The notes beneath the pieces were generated by a model. The model had not been told where the DNA came from and made no database searches. It saw only the letters and a list, made by a program, of their open reading frames with translations. The position numbers and the translations under genes were made by a program. A DNA stretch of 64,000 bases, taken from assembly GCA_951406725.2 (NCBI GenBank), contig OX597822.1, forward strand, positions 72,974,001-73,038,000, written 5' to 3'. Shown here piece by piece: positions 14,773 to 30,171 of the stretch (its first letter is position 1; every line of letters starts with the position of its first letter). The DNA is from Octopus vulgaris (Eukaryota).

Positions 14773-15067
14773 ATCACGTGACCGACCAGACCATCAGATG
14801 TTGTTACACACCGCTGGTCACAATGCGTTCGCATTGTTTTTAGCCTTCAATGACGCCACCCTGCTGGCTAAGCGAGCAGGCCAACAGAAGAAAGAGTGGG
14901 AGAAAGTGTGGTGAAAGAGTACAGCAGGGATCACCACCTCCTGTCGGAGCCTCGTAGAGCTTTTAGGTGTTTTCGCTCAATAAACACTCACAACGCCCGG
15001 TCTGGGAATCGAAACCGCGATCCTACGACCGCGAGTCCGCTGCCTTAATCACTGGGCCATTGCGCCT

Positions 15068-15068
<1 letters not shown>
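14767..15068 (-). mobile_element. tRNA(Arg-like)-headed SINE, tail type 1
   Basis: Reverse complement reads ggaggcgcaatggcccagtg.ttaaggcagcggactcgcggtcgtaggatcgcggtttcgattcccagacc (A and B boxes). Confidence 0.85.
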
Positions 15069-15123
<55 letters not shown>

Positions 15124-15340
15124 TCATATATGCGGAATATATATATGTGTGTGTGTGTGTGCGTGTGCGTACGTGTGTGAGTGTGTATGTGTGCGTGTGT
15201 ATGTGTGACTTCAGGCATGCTAGGGCACCACCTTCGAGAATTTTTGTGGAACGAATCAACCCGGTACTTATTTTTTTAAGGTGGTTGGGGTACAAACACC
15301 ACCATAAACTCAACAACACACACATGTATGCGTACATACG

Positions 15341-15759
<419 letters not shown>

Positions 15760-16301
15760 ACGGGTTTCTTTCTGCTTCCCGTTTCCGTCTAACAAATTCA
15801 CTTACAAGCTTAGATCGCGGCTAAAGTAGAAGACACTTGCCTAAAGTGCCATGTAATGGAGCTTCACCCGGAACCAAGAGGTGAAAAGCAAACTTCTTAT
15901 CACACATCTAAGCATGCGGATACATACCTACGTACATACATACAGCATGAATACATACACTTATACAAGTGATTGCAAGCAATTGCAAAGGTCCCACCCT
16001 CTCCCTCTATATTAAGGACCCAATACTATAACAGCATATGGTTGAAGGCTAATTATCTCTGGCACGTAGAAACGGACGTATTAAAAATAAGCACTTCAGC
16101 AAAGTTTTTACTTCACACTTCGGATATACCCACAGCATAGAATGACATGCAAACGATGTCCAACTCTTTCATTTACCAAAACCAAACTTAGGGAGAGGGC
16201 CTTGGGAAGGAAGCAAATTAACAATTTCAGCACGGTTACAATTTATATATATTCAAATATATATCGCCTCCATTAAAATTGCTTGTCTTGTTCGGAAATC
16301 A

Positions 16302-16646
16302 TTATTACCTCCGCTTTGAGTCATGTTTGTTTGTTTGTCCGTGGACAAGATATCTCAAGAATCGGTGGATGGATTCGAATGAAACTTTCAGGGATATTTG
16401 CGTCCGTGACTGGCACGAACCGATTAGATTTGGGGATTGATGCGGTACCGGACAAAGATTCTGGATTATTTTTCCTGTTTTATACTTAATCTTTGAAGCG
16501 GTTGGGTTCATTTTTAGTATTCTCTTTTGTGAGAGCAGTCGAGGTTAATTCAGATATTCTCATTTAAAAAAATCATCTGTGGCTAATCGTTGAGAGGACA
16601 TTGATGATGCCTTGGTGGTGGTTTGCGCTCTCTGAGTACTCTTGTT
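16302..16646 (+). mobile_element. Helentron-associated (HINE/DINE-1-like) non-autonomous element
   Basis: 5' attacctccgc, internal (gttt)n, 3' gccttggtggtggtttgcgctctctgagtactcttgtt (subterminal IR plus hairpin); second copy at 30352-30706. Confidence 0.7.
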
Positions 16647-16689
16647 GTTAAAATTACTATCTATCTTTATCCTGTCAGAGGAGTCATGT

Positions 16690-17980
16690 CGAAACCGATC
16701 TGCACAGATTAGTATGACCTTCTGGACACAGTTCTCAGGGATATAGGTGTTGGAATTTCACATTGTAATTATTCTGATCTGTTGCTTCAGGGAATTCGTG
16801 TTGTGTCCAATTTAATTATATATCTTGTCGAGCCACAACATATGATCAAGGATGATAAGCATTCTGCAATGTCTTTATAAAGCGTTTTGTTTTCTGTACT
16901 TCATGTTTTTTAATTTCTTTATTCTGAGGACATTCGCATCTAATGAACAGGTGTTCTGCATTGCATCCTCTTCCAAATTAAGATCATGGTTTTCAAGATT
17001 CGTTCTCAAATTTTTTGCTCTTGTTCCCAAGATATCTATTTTAATTGGCAGTATCCTAATCTTATCAGTTTAGTTACGTTGGTATAATAATCTATTTTTC
17101 ATTTCTTTTTCTTTTATCTCTCATGTTAAATGAGAATACCATATCAATTATAATATATAGCTTCTTCTTATCAACGACTACAATATCCAATCTTTTTTTT
17201 TTTCTCTTTTTCCTCTTCGTTTTAATTGGTAAATCCCTCAGCAATTTCACTTCATCGTTTTCGACGGCTGTCATTTTTACTTTCTCAAGAACAACTACAA
17301 TTTTTTCCTCTCTATGCAAAACCAAATGTTTTACAAGTATTCCAATGAATTATTACAGAAATTTTATCATGCCTACACTTCTTGTATTCATTTTGCGCTG
17401 ACTTCACGCATTCTGATACAATATTTTCCATCTGAATCGTTACATATTCAATATTTTTATGAGCAGTTTTGCTGATCTATCAACCTCTTCCTCCTATTTA
17501 CCCTTCGAGCTTGATCTCGTTCTACGAATATACTTTCCTTGGTCTCATTCTTTAACATCATTTTTTATTTGTCTTCCCTTACGTCCCGTTTTTTTTTCGT
17601 TTTTTTTGAAAAGCGCTAAGTCAATCTTCTCTCCTTCAAAGTTTGATCTCTTACTTCCCATTTACCTCATTTCTTTTTATATTATTTTACGTTTTGCCCA
17701 TCCCGTACACTAGCCGTTAATTATTACCTCCCTTAGGAGTGTTTCTTCGTTTTCCTCTTGATATAAACATAAACTTATCTTTTCAAGTTCCACTTCCTCT
17801 TCAACAATTATCAACCCTCATCTTTCTTCAATTCCTTTTCTCTATAACCGATCCTCACCTGATTGGTGTTGAAAGCATTCAAGTTTTGTGAGCTTTTTCC
17901 TAATTTTGCTGCCGACATTCTTCAGCACACCCTTATTCCATTCAGTAATTCTTGTTCCATCCTTTATAAATATTTCTGCC
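16690..17980 (-). mobile_element. R4/Dong-type RLE non-LTR retrotransposon remnant
   Basis: Minus-strand NIVSECVKSAQNEYKKCRHDKISVIIHWNTC (CCHC/RHD region) and VENDEVKLLRDLPIK...RLDIVVVDKK..IIID (restriction-like endonuclease). Confidence 0.8.
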
Positions 17981-17989
17981 TTCAGGATA

Positions 17990-18360
17990 ACTTCTTGTTC
18001 TTGTTCTTATTCTTATTCTTCTTCTTGTTCTTGTTCTTCTTCTTCTTCGTCGTCGTCGTCGTCGTCTTCTTTTTCTTCGTCTTCTTCATCATTGTCATCA
18101 TCATCATCATCATCATAATCTTCTTCCTCATTATCTTCTTCTTCTTCTTCTTCTTCGTCGTCGTCGTCGTCGTCGTCGTCTTCTTCTTCTTCTTCGTCTT
18201 CTTCCTCATCATCATCTTCTTCTTCTTCTTCGTCTTCTTCTTCGTCTTCTTCTTCGTCTTCTTCCTCATCATCATCATCTTCATCTTTTTCATCATCGTC
18301 TACTTCATCATCATCATCTTCATCTTCTTCATCATCATCATCATCATCATCTTCTACTAC

Positions 18361-18392
<32 letters not shown>

Positions 18393-18510
18393 CTTCTTCT
18401 TCTTCTTCTTCTTCTTCTTCTTCTTCTTCTTCTTCTTCTTCTTCTTCTTCTTCTACTTCTTCTTCTATTTCTTCTTTTCTTTTTCTCATCCTCATCATCT
18501 TCATCATCTT
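17990..18510. repeat. Compound trinucleotide microsatellite (CTT/CAT/CGT)n
   Basis: Direct reading. Confidence 0.95.
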
Positions 18511-19053
18511 CATGTCTGTCATTAAAATTATCATGTTCTTAAATATTTTACATCAATTATATACAAATTTCACAATGTTATTATCACCATTATCACACAT
18601 TTCATTCTCGCCCAATGTGCTCCCCTTCATTACATCTACGTCCACACATTTTCGTTCTCTTCTTCCACATTATCACAAAAATTCTATACCCAATCACAAC
18701 GTATTTCTATACCTACGTCCATACCTCCCGCTACTCCGCTCCCTGTCGCCTCATCTACTCTTATTACTCTACCGCATCACTCTTGTCCGTGTTTACCTTT
18801 TCATTGGTACCATGACGCCCATCTCCCCACTTCGTACTCACCTGGCATCAATGTTTCTTTGTCCACACGATACTTCTCCAAACAAATTCATCCACTCACC
18901 TTCATCTTCCTATCCTCCTTCTTCTCATTCTTGAACTTTACTCTCGCTATTCAAACAAAATTTTTTTCTCAAACATTTATAGTCCTATACGTACACGCAT
19001 ACATACATACACACATACATACACACATACATACATATATACGCATGTATATA

Positions 19054-19114
<61 letters not shown>

Positions 19115-19229
19115 TGAAGTATATTTGCCACCTAAATATGGCTGACTTTTATTGCTATATATATATATATATAATATTAATAAGTATATCTTTTTGCACT
19201 ATTGCATTATCAGTTTCTTCTGCCTGAGG

Positions 19230-19970
19230 TTGTGGTCATGATGAGGCACGCCATTAGCGCTAATACTTGTTTATTTTAGACATACTTCCTGGTTCTGTCT
19301 CCAAAATTGGTCTTGGGGAAGTAATGAGGCGGAAAGTGCTGTACTTCTTTGCGTTTGCTGCCATGGTGTGTGTTTATAAAATAAGAATATAAAAATAAGA
19401 ATTTTTGTAATTCTTCACAATAGCCCGTATATCTCAGAGGCCTTCTGGCACGTTATTGAAATGTTGTAGGTTTTTTAACCCTATGCCGTTACAGCATTTG
19501 GTTCTTACTCTGGACTGAAACCGCAGCGTCGTTTGTACTATGTATTGGCGTCTAGTATGATCATCAGCATAGTTTTCAATTCCAAATTTCGGTGTCAAAC
19601 CTTCCAAGATCTCTCATACATCTATCACTGCGACTTTTCTCCAGGAAGCAGTGCCTCAGCTCTTATATCGTCTCCTACTAGTTGATCTGTAGCACGGAGA
19701 CAGAATCTGTTTGGTCTACTAACGTTGACCGCCTCGAATTCTGCTGTTAATTTGTCGCTTCGTAGCGAATTGGGCGAATGTGATTGCTAAGAGTAATCCA
19801 ACGAATGAGCAAGAATGTTTTATACATCAACAACAAGGCTTTCTTTTTCCGCATTCTGAATAATCTCAAAATCTATCCACTCATTCGCTTGCACATCGTT
19901 GTCATCTTAGTAATACGTGCAGAGAGCGATTCTTTGTCACTAATGTGATTTCCCATGTTACGGAACAAGT
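19230..19970 (-). mobile_element. CR1/L2-type LINE RT C-terminal remnant
   Basis: Minus-strand KRMSG*ILRLFRMR...LLLMYKTF, ILEGLTPKFGI, LQHFNNVPEGL: typical CR1-group C-terminus with stops. Confidence 0.65.
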
Positions 19971-20042
19971 TTAATCCTGGGCTTGCAATACTACATTGGA
20001 AATATGTATAGAATATATGCATGCATATATACTACATCCCGT

Positions 20043-20352
20043 GGAGGCACAATGGCCCAGTAGTTAGGGCAGCGGACTCGCGGTCGGAAGGTTGCGGTTT
20101 TGATTCCCAGACCGGGCGTTGTATTTGTTTATTGAGCGAAAACACCTAAAGCTCCACGAAGCTTCGGCAGGGGATGGTGGCGACCCCTGTTGTACTCTTT
20201 CGCCCCAACTTTCTCTCACTCTTTCTTCCTGTTCCTTGTGTAACGGTGCGATGGAATGGCGTCCCGTCCAGCTGGGGGAACACATACACCATAGAAACCG
20301 GGAAACCGGACCCATGAGCCTGGCTAGGCTTTGGAAAGAGCGCATAAAGAAA
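20043..20352 (+). mobile_element. tRNA(Arg-like)-headed SINE, tail type 2
   Basis: Same head and body as 14767-15068 and 33054-33433; tail gcgatggaatggcgtcccgtccagctgggg... Confidence 0.85.
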
Positions 20353-20419
20353 TAAAAAAATTCTATATCCCAGTACATAAATAGACAGATAGGTGCGTTT
20401 TTGTGTGCATGTATACTAA

Positions 20420-20765
20420 TGTATATATGTGTATGTATGTTTGTATTTGTCCCCTGCCCCTTCACGGCCGATTTATACTCATTAACGTACACGTTACGTA
20501 GCGGTTCGACAACAAGAGGCCTCTAGAATATGTACCAGACATAAAATAATTACTGGGGTCGATTTGTACCTCTAAATCTTTGAAGAAGTTGCCCAAACAT
20601 GGACAAACCGTGAATGTGTGGTAAGTAGTTTGCTTACCAACCACATGGTTCCGGGTGCAGTCTCACAGCGTACCACCTTGGGCAAGTGTCTTCTACTCTA
20701 GCCTCGGGCCGGCCAAAGCCTTGTGAGTGGATTTCGAAGAATGAAACTGAAAGTCTGTCGTTCAT
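20420..20765 (+). mobile_element. CORE-type SINE fragments
   Basis: ttgggcaagtgtcttctact.tagcctcgggccg.ccaaagccttgtgagtggattt. Confidence 0.7.
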
Positions 20766-20854
20766 ATATATATACACTCACACACATCCGAGGAAGCGCT
20801 AATATACATAGACATAGACATAACACATGCATATATAAAAACATAACATATATG

Positions 20855-20923
<69 letters not shown>

Positions 20924-21077
20924 ATAATATATATCAATATATGCATATGATTATGTGTGTACTTATATGCGTTTGTGTATATGTATATATGCATGTATGT
21001 ATATATGGCCACGTGTTCTCATATATCGAGTTCTATATGCGCAAGTGGTTGATATATATATATATATATATATATAT

Positions 21078-21246
21078 TGCTACCGATGAAATAAACAAGC
21101 AGGCAAACAACAATACAATTAATAGCCAGAAATAACGAAGGAACTCTTATATTGATATTTATTCAACAATATATACATGAAGAAATTGGATAGAAAAACG
21201 TGGCTGATATGCGGGGCGTAGTTGAACGCCATCTTGTTTGGCAACA
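21078..21246 (-). mobile_element. Possible solo LTR adjacent to (TA)n
   Basis: Starts tgctacc and ends ggcaaca (TG...CA, short terminal IR); AATAAA on the minus strand. Confidence 0.3.
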
Positions 21247-21436
21247 AAATATGTCACAGTCGCCTATTTCATTAAGTCATAGCAATCTCCTTACTATTCA
21301 TTCATCGAAAGACACTTGAACACACACAAACACGCGCGTGTATTTATATACATATATGCATGCACACATACAAGCGCACATGCGAGTCATACACACAAAC
21401 ATAATAACGCAGTCGCTCATGTACATTCGGAAAAAA

Positions 21437-21487
<51 letters not shown>

Positions 21488-21615
21488 GTATGTATATATG
21501 TATGTATGTATATGTATCCAGTGACATATAATTATATATAAAATTGAGTATATGTGTGTGTAAGTTTATGTCTGTTTGTGCGTGTTTGTGTGCATGTGTA
21601 TATGTTTCTCTGTGG

Positions 21616-21694
<79 letters not shown>

Positions 21695-21786
21695 TAGGCG
21701 TATATACGTACACATAATATATAATATACATATATATGAGCGTATATAGTATATGTATGTACACGTAAATATTTATGTACATACGG

Positions 21787-21837
<51 letters not shown>

Positions 21838-22646
21838 TGAAATAAATATGTATAATGCTTTTATTTATGTATATAAGGATGCATAAATATATATATATAT
21901 GTGTGTGTGTGTGTATGTATGTGTGTATGCATAAACGTACGTATGCATGCATATACGTTTTTATTTATATATGTATGTATGTAAGTATGTACGTACGAAT
22001 GTATGTGTGAAAGGAAGTGTACTAGTAAGTGTGCATGTGTGTTTGAAATGTAAGCGAGACATATTAACTGTGCGCTTGCGCTTTTAATTAAGATATCATT
22101 CTAAGAAGTTATGATTGTGTATTATAGACCGTTTTCTTTTCCTTTCTTTTACACCCGGCCACAAAAGCTCCACAACACCACCATGTCATACTCTAACACA
22201 AACACTCACACACACACACACACACATACACACACACACACACACACACATTCGTATTCTCTCATATGCACACAATTCCACAATGATCTGTTTAATATTA
22301 ACGTTTTCTCAAATATTGGATATTAGAAATTTGATCTTGCAACGACAGGAATTGAGTAAATTGGTAAATCTGGCGAATTCCAATAAAGCGAAAAAATATG
22401 GAACATAACGCCATAGATTCTCTGTGTAAACAGACAGAAAGGAAAATTTCGTTAATTTGATGTTCTAATGTTATTGAAGCTATACCAGGTAGTAGAACAA
22501 ATAAAATAAAATAAAAATAAATATACTGTTGAGATCCACGAACTTTGGTAAACATAACTTCAGATGTACATCAAATAAATTGAAATAAATGTGTTTATAT
22601 ATACATACATGCATGCATACACACGCACACTCACATGCATACACAC

Positions 22647-22692
<46 letters not shown>

Positions 22693-22832
22693 CAGACATG
22701 TATATACTCAATCTTCATACATATATGCATAAACTTACATATTAGGTACATGATATATATATTAAATATCTATATTATATGTTATGTATATACATATATA
22801 TATGTGTGTATGTATATGCATATATATATATT

Positions 22833-22863
<31 letters not shown>

Positions 22864-23143
22864 TATGTAGTATATATTATATTATATATCATGTATATAT
22901 ATAATGTACAATATAGCATATATTTTATATAAACTATATATTATATTATTGTAGATATGAAGTATTATATATTCTATATATACACTTACAGATATACAAA
23001 TGTATACATTCATATATATGTTTATATAATACATATACACACACATGCACATATATATAATTATATATGTATATACGTGTATGTATAAGTATTTGTACTC
23101 ATATATATTTATATAAATATATACAGACATAAGTGTGTGTGTT

Positions 23144-23233
<90 letters not shown>

Positions 23234-25432
23234 CACATTTGCATGTTATGTCATGTATGCAGGAAATAGAAATGATTTTGAATTGGATTTAATCCAAGGA
23301 TTGGATTATTGTATTTAATAGAAACAACTTGTAATCTTAATTCGTGTATGTAGGTTATTTAGAAAGATCACAGGGCAAAGTTTGTGTTTCGTGGTATATA
23401 TCGATACTATGCGAAATGTGTAAAATTTCAACACCATTACAAACTTACAACCTGACAAATTTCCTTTACAGACTTGAAGGAAATTATTTTTTTGCAATAC
23501 TCAGCAATAGACATACATACATACATACATACATACATACATACATACATACACACACATATTGGTATATGTTTCTGTGTTTGTGGTGTGTATTTGTGTG
23601 TGCGTGCGTATGAGTGTTTCGAGGGTACGCATGCGCATATACACACAGGCATTCACAGATGCAAACACGAGATATGCAAACAATCAGAAACCAATGCATG
23701 GGGAACATGCGTATAATAAATAAATCAAAAATCAAAAATCAAAGAATATTTCTCCGATTGGAAAGAGGCAGAATGGCTTGCTATTATAACATGTTAAGAC
23801 ATGAGATCAATACAAATGTTGCATGACCAACGACGAGTTCTTTGACCTTTCCTCACAAAACAGAATCGAAGATCGAATCTGCATGGCTTTCGAAAGCGTG
23901 TATTTGCTTTAATTTAGGAGATAACGTCTTATGAAACCGAATTATTTATTTGTTCCACTTCTTCTTTCGTTCTCCCTTCCTTCCCTCCTACCTTCCTTCC
24001 TTCCTTCCTTCATTCCTTCCTACCTTCCTTTCTTTTTTCTTTCTTTCTTTCTTTCTTTCGTTCTTTCTTTCTTTCGTTCTTTCTTTCTTTCCTTCGTTCG
24101 TTCGTTCTTTCTTTCCGCCGTTTCTTTCTATGTTGATTGAATTTTTACTATGTGATGTATGAGGCTTTGTATTTGAGTTAAAACCAAAACCTGCGTCCCT
24201 GTTCCTTCTCAATCAATCCATCATCATCACCCCCACACGCATCACCACCTCCCTCAGAAACGATATCACTACCTTTGTCGTGGACGATGACCCCCACACC
24301 CCACCCCTTATCATTCCTCACCATCGTGATTACCGTTGTCGTTATCCTCATCCTCATCCTCATCATTGTCGTCGTCATCATCATCATCATCATCACTACC
24401 ACAACCGCAACACCTCCTCTGCAACCATCACCAGCAGCACTTTCGCTGTCACCACCACCACAACCTTCAACGTCGTTGTCGACCCCGTCATCGCTCCTTG
24501 TCGTCGTCCCTCGTCGCCATTCCCGTCATTGTTGCAAAAGTCTAACAAAATATGCCTTGACCTAATTTTTCAGAAGTTATTCGATCGCTTTCCCCATAGA
24601 AGAGGAAACATGAAGATATTCGTGATATCTCAAATTCATTTGTGTTGTTTCAATAGACAGAAAGCAAAATATTCGCCATATTCAATGAATCCACTTGGCA
24701 ATCTTCAATAGAATATATTGATTTGACTTGTAATCACATATCTAATGGTTTTATCTAAAATATACAGACGTAGAAGATCGACAAAACAAAGAACTAGATA
24801 ACCAACAGAATTATCGACATTTGCCTAAATTTTCTATGGAATTTAATTATGAATGATTTTGTCTTCAATCTGTATGTATGAAGGTAGCAGAATTATGTAA
24901 ATGCTGTCCCTAAACTCAGGGGAGATTTGAAAGAGCTACACTAACGTAAGACTCCTGTTTAACAGTGCTGAACATATGAAACATAAACCCTGGCTTTGAT
25001 AGTTCGCTGACGAAATACATGTTAACATTCAGGTGGACGGAAATATAATCACACAGAAGAAAAGAGAAAAGGTATCACAATTTTGGATAGGTAAAATGGG
25101 TCTCAAAACCGTAGAATTGCATTTGAAATCTATAATTAAAAAATAAAAGAAGTAATAATTAATAAATACCTAATTTAAGTGAGTTGTTCACTAACAATAC
25201 AATGCTTATACGTAAGATTGAATTTTATATAATGATATTTCAGATGTGACAGACTCGTAGATCCAAGATTGACGACATACGTGTGTTTGTATGTATGTGT
25301 ATATGTGAGAGTGTGTGTGTATGTGTGTGGGGGCATGCGTATGAGCTTCTGTGTCGGCGTGTTCCTGCCTGCGTGTCTATGTGTCTATCTATCTATTTAT
25401 CGATGTGTGTGTGTGTAACCATATATATATTC

Positions 25433-25470
25433 AAAAATAGATAGATAGAGAGATAGATAGATAGATAGAC

Positions 25471-25514
<44 letters not shown>

Positions 25515-25527
25515 CGATGGATGGATC

Positions 25528-25594
<67 letters not shown>

Positions 25595-25595
25595 C

Positions 25596-25679
<84 letters not shown>

Positions 25680-25680
25680 T
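25433..25680. repeat. (ATAG)n microsatellite
   Basis: Direct reading. Confidence 0.95.
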
Positions 25681-26089
25681 CCATGTTTGTTTTTCTGCCA
25701 AGTTAGGATTAAGACAATTTAACATTGAATAGATTACTCAGTACCCAGTCCAATTAAGGTTAAGCTGTCCGAAACTTCGATGTTACCTTTTTTCTCTCAT
25801 TTCAACCTTTCTGCTTAAACAAACAGGTCAGTAACAACATATTCTCGCCTTCAACTTAAAATATTCTGAGATGTATAAAAAATCCATTTTAATTTTTGCT
25901 GTCAAAAGATTGTATATATATACCAAAGACTGTATATATATACATGTAATGTGACAATTTGCGACAACCAATAATTAACGCAACCAAATTTCCAATAATA
26001 TATTTGTTTTATCCTTTTCTGCCAATTTTTCCAAATATTCTCATCACACTATTGAACTTCTCTGTTACCAAACACTATATTTATACATG

Positions 26090-26235
26090 TAATATGACAA
26101 TTTTGTATAAAAAAACATTTTTGAATTCATAATATCCAATGTGACAATTATGTAAAAAAAACTTTTTTTGAATGCATAATATTCAATGTGACAATTATGT
26201 AAAAAACTTTTTTGAAGCCATATTATTCAATGATA
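26090..26235. repeat. About 47-bp minisatellite, 3 copies
   Basis: aat.tgacaatt.tgta.aaaaa.c.ttttttgaa..cata.tat.c repeated. Confidence 0.75.
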
Positions 26236-26365
26236 CTTTTAATGTTACTTTTGACAATCTTTTACCAAAGAGTGAAACCGGTTAAGTAAATAAACATCGT
26301 TTAAATTGCATTTTCAAACCTTTTTTCTTATATAATCCCACTCGTGCGATACCCCACAACTCAAC

Positions 26366-26414
<49 letters not shown>

Positions 26415-26416
<2 letters not shown>

Positions 26417-26575
26417 GATGGGCTTCTTTCTGTTCCCGTCTACGAAATACACTCCCAAGGATTTGGTCGGCACGAGACTATAGTAGAAGACAGTTGTTCC
26501 ATGTGCCACGCAGTGGGACTGAACCCGGAAACATGTGGTTGAGAAACCAGCTACTTACCACACGGCCACTCCTGC
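26415..26575 (-). mobile_element. CORE-type tRNA-SINE 5' part
   Basis: Reverse complement gives gcaggagtggccgtgtggtaagtagc...ggttcagtcccactgcgtggcac, same head as 48538. Confidence 0.75.
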
Positions 26576-26576
26576 A

Positions 26577-26609
<33 letters not shown>

Positions 26610-27094
26610 GGTACGGCCGTCACTTTGAATCGAGGATGACATCGTGTACCGTGATTTCTTAAATTGTTTTAGGCGCATGTTTAAACGCAGGGTTTCATCC
26701 CTGCGACAGGGAATATATTGAATTTGACAGCTGGCTGGAGAAATATTTTCATCTTCATTTGGTTGGTGTGAATTTTGCTGAGCAAAGATATAGCGTAACA
26801 TCTTCTCTAGGATTCGAATTCCTAATGTGATCGTGAGTGAGTCCACCACAGTAGCGTGTAGTCTACAGGAAGTCCAATGTAGCAATATACATATATAAAT
26901 ACACACGTTTGCGCGTGCACACACATATGTATACACATATTCCTCCCCTTTTTTGCTTCATTGGACTGCGCCACACAGCTACATCCCCTTGAAGGTTCTA
27001 GACGAAGAAATCGATGAGAATAGTTATTTCTATCGGTGTCTGTAAACGAACTCCTTAACGGGAACGTAAACAAACCAGCACTGGCGTGGCATCA

Positions 27095-27398
27095 TGGGCA
27101 TGTGTCTTCTATTATAGCCTCGGGTCGACCAAAACCTTGTGAGTGGATTTAGTAGACGGAAACTGAAAGAAGCCCGTCGTATATATATATTTGTATGTCT
27201 GTGTTTGTCCCCCCAACATCGCTTGACAACCGATGATGGTGTGTTTACGTCCCCGTAACTTAGCGGTTCGGCAAGAGATACCGGTAGAATGAGTACTAGG
27301 CTTATAAATAATAAGTCCTGGCATCGATTTTCTTGCTTAACGGCGGTGCTCCAGCATGACCGGTGTCAAATGAATGAAACAAATAAAAGAATAAAAGA

Positions 27399-27400
<2 letters not shown>
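27095..27400 (+). mobile_element. CORE-type tRNA-SINE body and tail
   Basis: gggcatgtgtcttctattatagcctcggg...agacggaaactgaaagaagcccgtcg...ccccgtaacttagcggttcggcaa. Confidence 0.8.
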
Positions 27401-27452
<52 letters not shown>

Positions 27453-28389
27453 GAGTTTCCGTTCAGTAAATTTGCTCACAACGCACTGGTCGGTCCGGGA
27501 TTATAGCAGAAGACGTCCCAAGATGCTGCGCAGTGGGGGGAGGTGTTCTATCCGAAATACCCTGGTTACACACTGAGTTTCTTAACCACAAAGACATGTC
27601 TGCACCTTTGATAGGTATTTTTGAATTCTTGGATGAAATTTTGTTCGTTTTAATTTTTATCTTTCATCCTTTTTTTGTTTCTTGTATGCTGTTGGTTTGA
27701 GTATATCACGATCATGGCATTTTATTACAGCTATTTCAAAATTCCAATTTTATTGACGTAGAATTACAGCATTGCTGGAGAGAAACGGAACTTTTATAAA
27801 TTTTAAAAAAAGGAAATTCACGTAAGAAACCAGTGTGTATTTCCTTATTTTTGCATTTCTATTTAAAGTCTGCGGGCTAGAAACAATAAATGATAATTTG
27901 AGTTCAAATTATCGTTTGTGTACCTTCATGAAAGAGGTGTTTATGAAAAGGAACAAAAAATGTGACTGTCATATTATCAAAGGATTATCGATCAGTTCTA
28001 CAAATATTTTCCCATTCGATGAGAATATTTTCTTTAAAAAATATTTCCCAATCAATAAGGATCTCTTAGGGAAATTGTTTTTCACATTTGTAAAGGACGG
28101 CCAACATGGAGTCGTGGGTAGATTCAATAGCTTCGACAAGTTTATTAGTTGTGCAAATGACGTTAAACGTTAAAATTTAGAAATGAAAGCTGGTCACGAT
28201 CTAGGATTTCTGCCATAATGCGTCTAATGTATGGTTTTTGTTCAAATAAAACAAATTTGATTAACAAATATTTCACAAAACAAAAAGAATTATTTTTTTA
28301 ATATTCAATATTAAGACAGCGTGAGTGAGAATATTTTTGAAAGAAAGAAAAATGCATATGAAGATATTTCCCTCTTTCTAATTCCGGAA

Positions 28390-29550
28390 CAAGGCGAGGA
28401 ATTTTGTGGGGAAAGGAGTAAGTCGATTACCTCAACCCCAGCATTTGTTTGATATATTTTGATCGACCCCGAAAGGATGAGAAGCAGACAACAACGGTAG
28501 AATTGGAACTCGGAAATTAAAGCATTTTATCCGTAATGCACCACCTTCATATTGCTTATAATGCTTTCAAATTTTGGGACAAGACCAGACATTTCAGGGA
28601 AACAGATAAGTCAATAACATCGACCTCAGTGTTTTACTGGTACTTAATTTATCGACCCTGAAAGGATGAAAGGCAAAGTCGACCTCCGCGGATTTTGAAC
28701 ACAGAACGTAAGAACGGACTAAATGCCGCTAAGCATATGTCCTGCATGCAAAGGATTTTCCATCTCACTGCCGTCATATAGCCCATAGTGAGATCTTTTG
28801 TTTATTTTCTCTTTAAGTAATGCATTAAAATATTTACAGTTTTGCCTTCAAATATGTTACGCTATGTTGTCTTTTACATGCGTCCTACCAACCTAGTTAA
28901 GAATCGACTGTCGGCTTCAAGCGATACACCCTTGAACATTTTTTTAATTCCTTGCACTTCTGCCAATTTTTGTGTTCCAAAACATAGCCATACATCACGA
29001 TGTGATGTAATAAAAGAACTTAAAAGATTCCTATAGACCGCTAGTATTCCCCGTTATTCGCTCAGTGAATTTGCTCTTGCAAAATGATTTATATCATGCT
29101 CCAACGATTCTGTAAGTTGAAATACCAACAACAACGACAATAATAATAATGATAATAATAATAATAAATGCCTTGATGCAGTACCAAATTTTCCACAGGG
29201 GTGGGAATAATGGGGGAGGGAATGGGTCGATATAATCACCCCCTGTTTTCAACTGATACTTAATTGATAGACCTCAAAAGGATGAAAGTCGACCTAGGCA
29301 GAATTTGAATTCAGAACATAACGACGGCTAAATACTTATTTCTTTACTACCCACAAGGGGCTAAACACAGAAGATACAAACAAGGACAGACAAACGGATT
29401 AAGTCGATTATATTGACCTCAGTGCGTAACTGGTACTTATTTAATCGACCCCGAAAGGATGAAAGGCAAAGTCGACCTCGGCGGAATAGGAACTCAGAAC
29501 GTAACGACGGCGAAATACGGCTACGCATTTCGTCAATCGTGGCCGCCTTC
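28390..29550 (-). mobile_element. Cluster of Meta-core SINE copies
   Basis: Four repeats of gaccc.gaaaggatga.agg/aagtcgacct.ggc.gaattt.aactc at about 28465, 28655, 29270 and 29447. Confidence 0.8.
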
Positions 29551-29789
29551 AATAATAATGATATTGATATATTAGAAAATTACTATTTTTAAATCTCACA
29601 ACGTGAGATATTCAGCAACAGTATTTTGTAGTAAAGATTGTTTGCCAACATAACATGGCAATACTGGTTTAGGACAAATGATACTGTAATTTACCCCCAG
29701 GAGACATCGTCTCCAGCTGCCTATACGACACGATCTGGGTCATTATATTTTCAAACAAGGGAATTTAGCAATTGATATATCTCTTAAAA

Positions 29790-30115
29790 TTTGAAATATA
29801 AAGAATTTTGATCCCCTAAAATTTGAAACAGGGAGAATTTGGAGCATGTGAACAGTAATGGTCGTGCCTATAATAATTGGTGCGCTTGGAACAGTAAGCC
29901 AAGATATAGGCAAATGGCTGAGGGAGACTGAAATAGAGTGTCCGGTAGAGCTCCTACAGGAAGTTTGTCTCTTAGGAACAGCAAGGTTTATCAGGAGAGT
30001 TGTAAGTACGTGAAAGACTGCTGAAAACTTGTGGATACCTAAGGTTACATGTAGTAACCCGTTATCCACATAATTCCTACCAGGAATAAGACCGAATCTG
30101 AGGCAAACCAAAATG

Positions 30116-30170
<55 letters not shown>
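29790..30170 (+). mobile_element. R4/Dong-type LINE 3' end with (TAA)n tail
   Basis: DPLKFETGRIWSM*TVMVVPIIIGALGTVS...LLQEVCLLGTARFIRRVV*, then a 3' UTR, then (AAT)n. Confidence 0.85.

Positions 30171-30171
<1 letters not shown>

Noticed and set aside
17863-18534. Acidic poly-E/D or poly-F/S ORFs
   Set aside because: A compound trinucleotide repeat open in several frames; no domain or splice evidence.
26090-26235. CRISPR-like array
   Set aside because: A contiguous minisatellite with no unique spacers, in a eukaryotic context.
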